A DNA stretch of 64,000 nt from Alphaproteobacteria bacterium. Its GTDB lineage: Bacteria > Pseudomonadota > Alphaproteobacteria > GCA-2731375. This document shows positions 57,717-64,000 of the stretch, in pieces. The DNA is taken from assembly GCA_030752605.1 (NCBI GenBank), contig JASMDX010000056.1, positions 1,925 to 65,924 of the forward strand. The letters are read 5' to 3'. Made by a program: the position numbers and the translations under genes. Each line of letters opens with the position of its first letter. Within the stretch, counting starts at the first letter, position 1. Under the pieces are notes generated by a model. That model was given only the letters and a program-made list of their open reading frames with translations, was not told the DNA's origin and ran no database searches.

Positions 57717-58412
57717 TCAACCTAATAGCCTGTGGAAATGTGCCAGGGTGCGTTGCATCGCAGGATCAGCCGCCGCTTCGCTGTAGGGCGGATGGCCGTG
57801 GCGGTTAAAACCGTGCTCGGCGCCGGGATAGAGATGAATGTCTACATTTTCCCATGCCCCCATATGGGCCTGTATGGCGTCGACGGTGTCTTGCGGTACG
57901 TGCGGATCAATGCCAGCGAAGTGCATCAGGATCGGGCAGTGCAGGTTCCTGGCCTCGTCCAGGTACTCATGGATCTGAACACCGTAGTAGCTTACCGCCG
58001 CGTCGATTTCATGCCGCGTGGCCGAGAGGTAGGTGAACTTACCGCCCAGGCAAAAGCCGACGACGCCGACTTTTCCTGCGCATTCGGACCGCGCCTTCAG
58101 GGCGGTGACGGTGTCGCCCAGATCATTGGCGAATTGATCCGTGTCCAATTTGGCGCGCAATGCCTGCGCCTTGGCCCGGCCCTCGTCCGTGTAGGGTAGA
58201 TAACAGCCGGCTTCCTGACGCCAATAGACGTCCGGCGCGATGACGGTGAAACCTTCGGCGGCGAAGCCGTCGGCGACTGAGCGGATATGATCGTTGGTGT
58301 TGAAGACTTCCGGCAACAGCACGATGCCTGGTGCCGGCGTGCTCTCGGGCAGCGCCAGATAGGCCGCGAAAGCGCCGCCCCCCGTCGCATTGATCTCGAT
58401 GTCCTGGCCCAT
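57717..58412 (-). CDS. dienelactone hydrolase family protein
   Basis: GIVLLPEVFNTNDHIR, VVGFCLGG, and AEHGF at the C-terminus. Confidence 0.85.
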   Translation of the reverse strand: MGQDIEINATGGGAFAAYLALPESTPAPGIVLLPEVFNTNDHIRSVADGFAAEGFTVIAPDVYWRQEAGCYLPYTDEGRAKAQALRAKLDTDQFANDLGDTVTALKARSECAGKVGVVGFCLGGKFTYLSATRHEIDAAVSYYGVQIHEYLDEARNLHCPILMHFAGIDPHVPQDTVDAIQAHMGAWENVDIHLYPGAEHGFNRHGHPPYSEAAADPAMQRTLAHFHRLLG

Positions 58413-58431
58413 ATTCTTTCTCCTTTAATGT

Positions 58432-59697
<1,266 letters not shown>

Positions 59698-59827
59698 GAT
59701 CTACCACCCCTTTGGCTTCGCAACGGTTATCACTTAGCTTCGTGGTCCATTGTTGGCAATCTCTATCTGTCCTACACTCAAAGGCGATCAATAAGCATTT
59801 TTCAACAATACAAACACAGGTGACGCC

Positions 59828-60154
59828 ATGTCCGCTTTCTATGAACTGCGCCAATATCACGTCCTTCCCGGCAAGTTGGATGCTTGGGTCAAGGTGATGG
59901 AGGACGAGATCATCCCCTTCCAGGTTTCCAAGGGCATGGTCATCTGCGGTAGCTTCCAGGGCGAGGAAGACGACAGCGTCTATGTCTGGCTGCGCCGTTT
60001 CGAAAGCGAGGTACAGCGCGAAGAGCTGTATGCGGCGGTTTATGAATCAGACTATTGGAAGAACGAGATGAGTCCCAGGGTGCCCGACTATCTCGACCGC
60101 TCCAAAATGGTAGTAACGCGGATTATTCCGACAACAAAATCCACAGTGCGTTAA
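59828..60154 (+). CDS. NIPSNAP family protein
   Basis: MSAFYELRQYHVLPGKLDAWVKVMEDEIIPFQ...VYVWLRRFESEVQRE. Confidence 0.75.
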   Translation: MSAFYELRQYHVLPGKLDAWVKVMEDEIIPFQVSKGMVICGSFQGEEDDSVYVWLRRFESEVQREELYAAVYESDYWKNEMSPRVPDYLDRSKMVVTRIIPTTKSTVR

Positions 60155-60162
60155 GGCCTCAA

Positions 60163-62430
60163 TTGAACGATACCGACACTGACGCCGCATCCCGTCCAGA
60201 CCTGCTTGAAAAGGTCACGGGCCGCGCTGTCTATGCCAGCGATATTTCCGTCCCCGGCATGGCACAGGGCCGCATATTACGCAGTACGGTGCCCCATGCC
60301 CGCATCGTCCGTCTGGATTGTGCCGCCGCCGCTGCCCTTGAGGGCGTGATCACGGTACTGACCGGTGCTGATCTTGCCAGCCTAGCGCAGGACCATTGGG
60401 GCCTGTTTCTCAAGGACCGCCCGGTCATAGCTGTTGATAAAGTTCGCTATGTAGGCGAGCCCGTTGCGCTGGTGGTCGCGGAGACGGCCGCGATCGCGGA
60501 GGCCGCCCTCGACCTGATTGATGTGGACTACGAAGACCTGCCGTTTGTTGACAATGCCGTGTCGGCCATCGCGCAAGGGGCCCCACTATTGCATGAAAGC
60601 CACGAAACCATCGCGGATTTCTATTTCAAGGGCGAGGCCAAACCTGTTGCCGGCAGCAATGTTTTTCAGAAGTTTCAAGTCAGCACAGGTGACGTGGATG
60701 CGGCCGAGGCCGCAGCGGCAGGTGTGTTCGAGCACAGCTACAGCTTTCCCGGCGTATCTCATTTTGCGCTCGAACCCCATTGCGTGGTCGCCGCGTTCGA
60801 AGAGGCGGATTTGACTGTATGGTCCGGTGCCCAATCACCCACGGCGGTGCAAAAGGTGCTGTCGCGGGTTTTTGGGCTGGCGCTGGCCAATATTCGTGTC
60901 ATCGTGCCGCATGTTGGCGGCGGCTTCGGCGGCAAGGCGTCGGTCAAGGTCGAACCGTTGGTCGCCGCCGCCGCCTACAAGGCCCGCCGCCCGGTCCGGG
61001 TCGCGCTAAGCCTGGAAGAATCCATGCTGACCTGCCGCCGCCTGGGCGCCGAGATCACCTTGCGCACCGCCGTTGATGAAAATGGCAAGGTTCTCGCTAA
61101 ACGCGCCGCCATTCTGCTCGATGGTGGTGCCTATGCGGATACCGGGCCGGCGGTCGCGGTAAAAGCGGCGCACCGTGTCATCGGTCCTTATGGGATTGAA
61201 AATCTGGAAATCGAGGCGAAGGCCGTCTACACAAATACGGTGCCGGGTGCCGCCTTCCGCTCCATTGGCGGCCCTCAGGCGGTGTGGGCGACGGAATCCC
61301 AGATGGATGAAATTGCCGAGTCCCTGACCATTGACCCGGTCGAATTACGCCGGCGCAATCTGTTGCCGCGCGGCGGGAAAATTCTCGATACCCTACGTCC
61401 CCTCGACGTGGATATGGGTGAAATGCTGAGCCAAGCGGACCGGGCAATGACAGCGCTAGGCAGTGGTCCCGCCGCTGGCCTGGCGATGGCGGCGACTGAT
61501 CCTGGCATCATGCCTATCGGCGGCGCATTGGTCCGTGTCCTGGCGGATGGTTCAATTGTCGTGATGTCCAACAGTGTGGAGATCGGCCAGGGGGTCCGTG
61601 CCGTCTTGCGTGAGGTAGCGGCCAAGACTTTGAACCAGGATCCAGCCGCAATTCGGGTTGCCAATCCAGACACGGCGGCGGCACCCTTTGATTGGGGCAC
61701 CGGGGCCAGCCGCTCCACCGTGATCATGGGCCTTGCCGTGGAAGACGCGGCGCGCGATGCCTCTGATCAGATACTGGCTCTGGCCGCTTCCGTGTTCGAT
61801 GGTGCGCCGAACGACATTCGGTTGGTGCCGAGAGGTGTTGCCCATGGCGATGATGTGCTTTCGTTTCAGAATCTCTATCACAAGGCGTTTGGTGTCGATT
61901 CCGGCGAGGTCGTAGGCCGTGCCATGGTGACCCCAGTACGTGGCGGCAGCGATTTCACGAAATCTCCGCTGTTTTGGGAAACCGCCGTGGGTGCGTGCGA
62001 TGTCGAGGTGGATGAAGAAACTGGCGAGGTCGCGGTCAGCCGTTATGTGGGCGTCGCCGATATTGGCAGGGCCATCAACCGGACCGGCGCCGAGGGCCAG
62101 GAAGAAGGCGCCTCGGTACAAGGCATGGGGCATGCGATGTTCGAACATCTGGATTATGTCGACGGCCAACCGGTCAATGCCACGCCTGTGGCCTACCGGG
62201 TGCCGGCGGCGGGTGATATTCCCGCACATGCCCATACCGTTTTGATCGAGAACGGCGACGGCCCCGGCCCCATGGGCGCCAAAGGCATGGGCGAAGGCGG
62301 CATTCTGCCGGTTGCGCCGGCCATCGCAAACGCGTTGGCCCGCCGCCACGGCATCCGCATTCGTGATCTACCCCTGACCCCGGAACGTATATGGCGCGCC
62401 TTGCGAAATCGGGGCGATGATGCTCCCTAA
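60163..62430 (+). CDS. xanthine dehydrogenase/aldehyde oxidase-family molybdopterin-binding large subunit
   Basis: LLEKVTGRAVYASDI, RYVGEPVALVVAE, GGGFGGK, AFRSIGGPQ, and GEGG near the C-terminus. The start is taken as TTG 60163, just after the NIPSNAP stop, because there is no in-frame ATG downstream of it. Confidence 0.85.
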   Translation: MNDTDTDAASRPDLLEKVTGRAVYASDISVPGMAQGRILRSTVPHARIVRLDCAAAAALEGVITVLTGADLASLAQDHWGLFLKDRPVIAVDKVRYVGEPVALVVAETAAIAEAALDLIDVDYEDLPFVDNAVSAIAQGAPLLHESHETIADFYFKGEAKPVAGSNVFQKFQVSTGDVDAAEAAAAGVFEHSYSFPGVSHFALEPHCVVAAFEEADLTVWSGAQSPTAVQKVLSRVFGLALANIRVIVPHVGGGFGGKASVKVEPLVAAAAYKARRPVRVALSLEESMLTCRRLGAEITLRTAVDENGKVLAKRAAILLDGGAYADTGPAVAVKAAHRVIGPYGIENLEIEAKAVYTNTVPGAAFRSIGGPQAVWATESQMDEIAESLTIDPVELRRRNLLPRGGKILDTLRPLDVDMGEMLSQADRAMTALGSGPAAGLAMAATDPGIMPIGGALVRVLADGSIVVMSNSVEIGQGVRAVLREVAAKTLNQDPAAIRVANPDTAAAPFDWGTGASRSTVIMGLAVEDAARDASDQILALAASVFDGAPNDIRLVPRGVAHGDDVLSFQNLYHKAFGVDSGEVVGRAMVTPVRGGSDFTKSPLFWETAVGACDVEVDEETGEVAVSRYVGVADIGRAINRTGAEGQEEGASVQGMGHAMFEHLDYVDGQPVNATPVAYRVPAAGDIPAHAHTVLIENGDGPGPMGAKGMGEGGILPVAPAIANALARRHGIRIRDLPLTPERIWRALRNRGDDAP

Positions 62431-63274
62431 ACCTTTTGATTATCACCGCCCTACAACCCTTGACGACGCATTGTCGTTACTGGCGCGCCACGGCGACGAC
62501 GCCTCCCCTTATGCGGGGGGTACGGAGCTGCTGCTGGCTATGAAAATGCATTTCGCCGACTATGATCATTTCGTGGACTTAAAGCGGATAACGGCGCTGC
62601 GTTCAATTGCCCGCCATGGTGACGTGCTCTCCATCGGCGCGCTGGCAACTCATGCCGAGATCGCCGCCGACGGTGTGGTCCGGGACAACCTGCCGGTGTT
62701 GGCGGGGCTTTGCGCCTCGATCGCCAATGCCCGTGTCCGCGCGACGGGCACCATCGGAGGCAATCTTTGCTTCGCCGAACCCCGCGCTGACCCGCCGGTG
62801 CTGTTGTCGGCACTGGATGCGCAATTGTGTCTGCGGTCCATGCACGGCAACCGCTGGGTTTCCGCTGGCGAATTCGTCACCGGTGCGCTTGAGACCATAC
62901 GTGCGCCCGACGAGCTATTGCTGCGGATCGACGTTCCCCTGGGTATGGGCAAGACAGGCTATGAACGGGTTGTCCACGGCCATCGCACCATGGCCGGCGC
63001 GGCGGCGATGCTTGGCCGGGATACGGTTGCCGCACCGCGTGTCTGGGCCGGCTGTGTCGCGGCCCATCCCGTGCCCCTTGTCGCTACCCAGAACTACATT
63101 GCGGCCAACCCGGGTATCGTTGATGACAACCTGACAGAGGCGATCACAGCGGATGTCGCCATGCTCGATATTACCGATGACGAAGATGCCAGCGCAGAAT
63201 ACCGCCGGCATTTGGCGGTGACGGTGGCGCGTCGCGCTATTGCCGCGGCGCTCGGCGAAAAGGCGTCTGCGTAA
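62417..63274 (+). CDS. FAD-binding (CoxM-like) medium subunit of the molybdenum hydroxylase
   Basis: PFDYHRPTTLDDALSLL, AGGTELLL, ARVRATGTIGGNLC, and ASAEYRRHLAVTVARRA. Confidence 0.85.
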   Translation: MMLPKPFDYHRPTTLDDALSLLARHGDDASPYAGGTELLLAMKMHFADYDHFVDLKRITALRSIARHGDVLSIGALATHAEIAADGVVRDNLPVLAGLCASIANARVRATGTIGGNLCFAEPRADPPVLLSALDAQLCLRSMHGNRWVSAGEFVTGALETIRAPDELLLRIDVPLGMGKTGYERVVHGHRTMAGAAAMLGRDTVAAPRVWAGCVAAHPVPLVATQNYIAANPGIVDDNLTEAITADVAMLDITDDEDASAEYRRHLAVTVARRAIAAALGEKASA

Positions 63275-63741
63275 TGCCGACCAGCCACAAGATCACGCTC
63301 ACACTCAATGGCAACCTTGTCGAGGCGACTGTGGCCTCCCATACCCTGCTGATTGATTTTCTGCGCCATAGCCATGCATTGCACGGGGTCAAACGCTCCT
63401 GCGATATGCAGATTTGTGGCGCCTGCACCGTTTTGGTGGATGGTTGCCCCGTCAGTAGTTGCACCATGCTGGCTGTCGATACCGATGACGCCGCCGTGCT
63501 GACGATTGAAGGCCTGGGCGGCCAGGATGAACTCGATCCTGTTCAGGAAGCTTTTCTGGAATACGGCGCGCTGCAATGCGGTTTTTGTACACCTGGCATG
63601 ATCCTGGCGGTCAAGGCGCTGTTGGCGTCCAACCCGGCGCCAAGCCGGGCCCAGATCAGGCATCATTTGAGTGGTAATATTTGCCGCTGTACCGGCTATC
63701 AGAAGATTATAGAAGCGGTGGAAAGCCTTGCCCGGACCTAG
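63274..63741 (+). CDS. (2Fe-2S)-binding (CoxS-like) small subunit
   Basis: SCDMQICGACTVLVDG, and LQCGFCTPGMILA...GNICRCTGYQKI. Confidence 0.9.
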   Translation: MPTSHKITLTLNGNLVEATVASHTLLIDFLRHSHALHGVKRSCDMQICGACTVLVDGCPVSSCTMLAVDTDDAAVLTIEGLGGQDELDPVQEAFLEYGALQCGFCTPGMILAVKALLASNPAPSRAQIRHHLSGNICRCTGYQKIIEAVESLART

Positions 63742-64000
63742 TGTTGCATTTGATGGCCGCGAATCGGTCGATGCGGTTCTGGCCAAGACCCAAGCGGCGG
63801 TCGACGGTGGCGTTGAAGCGATTTGGCTTGCCTGCCACCTGTTCGAGCGTGACCCCATCGTTACCGCTTCGGTTTTGTTAAGTCGGCATCCGCACCTGAA
63901 GATCATCTTGGTTGCCGTTAGTCCCTATTTGGTTCATCCGGTGCATGCGGCCATGGCAGCGGCGACGATTGACGAGTTTTTTCCGGGCCGAATTTCCCTC
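63728..64000 (+). CDS. luciferase-like (LLM-class) flavin/F420-dependent oxidoreductase, N-terminal part (runs off-window)
   Basis: The open frame reads ...VAFDGRESVDAVLAKTQAAVDGGVEAIWLACHLFERDPIVTASVLLSRHPHLKIILVAVSPYLVHPVHAAMAAATIDEFFPGRISL, which fits the typical LLM N-terminal pattern. The start codon is uncertain (TTG 63728). Confidence 0.55.
   Translation, partial: MPGPSVAFDGRESVDAVLAKTQAAVDGGVEAIWLACHLFERDPIVTASVLLSRHPHLKIILVAVSPYLVHPVHAAMAAATIDEFFPGRISL

Overview
The window is a GC-rich chromosomal segment. Gene content and local gene order (hbd-etfBA, xseB-ispA-dxs-tlyA, holB-metG-tatD-MBL, groESL with CIRCE) look alphaproteobacterial and Rhodospirillales-like. That placement is an inference from protein motifs, not a database hit. 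I call about 60 protein genes, one tRNA-Gln(UUG), and several hairpin or operator-like sites. I saw no transposase, integrase, CRISPR array, rRNA or obvious defence system. Two things stand out. (1) At 24313..25581 the two listed ORFs are one reading frame joined by an in-frame TGA (24772..24774). That TGA sits where the selenocysteine lies in GrdB/PrdB-family reductase B subunits (LKADGVDSCILLPV-U-PLCTRAVG, a U-x-x-C motif). The gene lies between a family III CoA-transferase and a 2-hydroxyacid dehydrogenase, and no GrdA/C/D/E or PrdA partner is present in the window. It is therefore an orphan GrdB-like selenoprotein module of unknown function. (2) The window has a high load of decayed genes for a region with no mobile elements. 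At least eight loci are disrupted by in-frame TAA/TAG stops, frameshifts or deletions: cysD, an HCCA-isomerase-like gene, a DehI-like gene, a DUF4389-like gene, the 2-hydroxyacid dehydrogenase, a hemerythrin, an HDAC-family gene and a membrane adenylate cyclase. Housekeeping genes (polA, groESL, metG, dxs, holB, etfAB) are intact. Other points are three short, visibly AT-rich intergenic islands dense in inverted repeats, a GroES with a Lys/Ala/Pro-rich C-terminal tail, an AOR-family oxidoreductase, an anSME-like radical SAM enzyme with a SEC-C tail and no sulfatase nearby, and a NicX-like dioxygenase coupled to an ACAD-fold protein and an AMP-ligase. All functional calls come from reading the translations by eye. 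No searches or folding programs were run.
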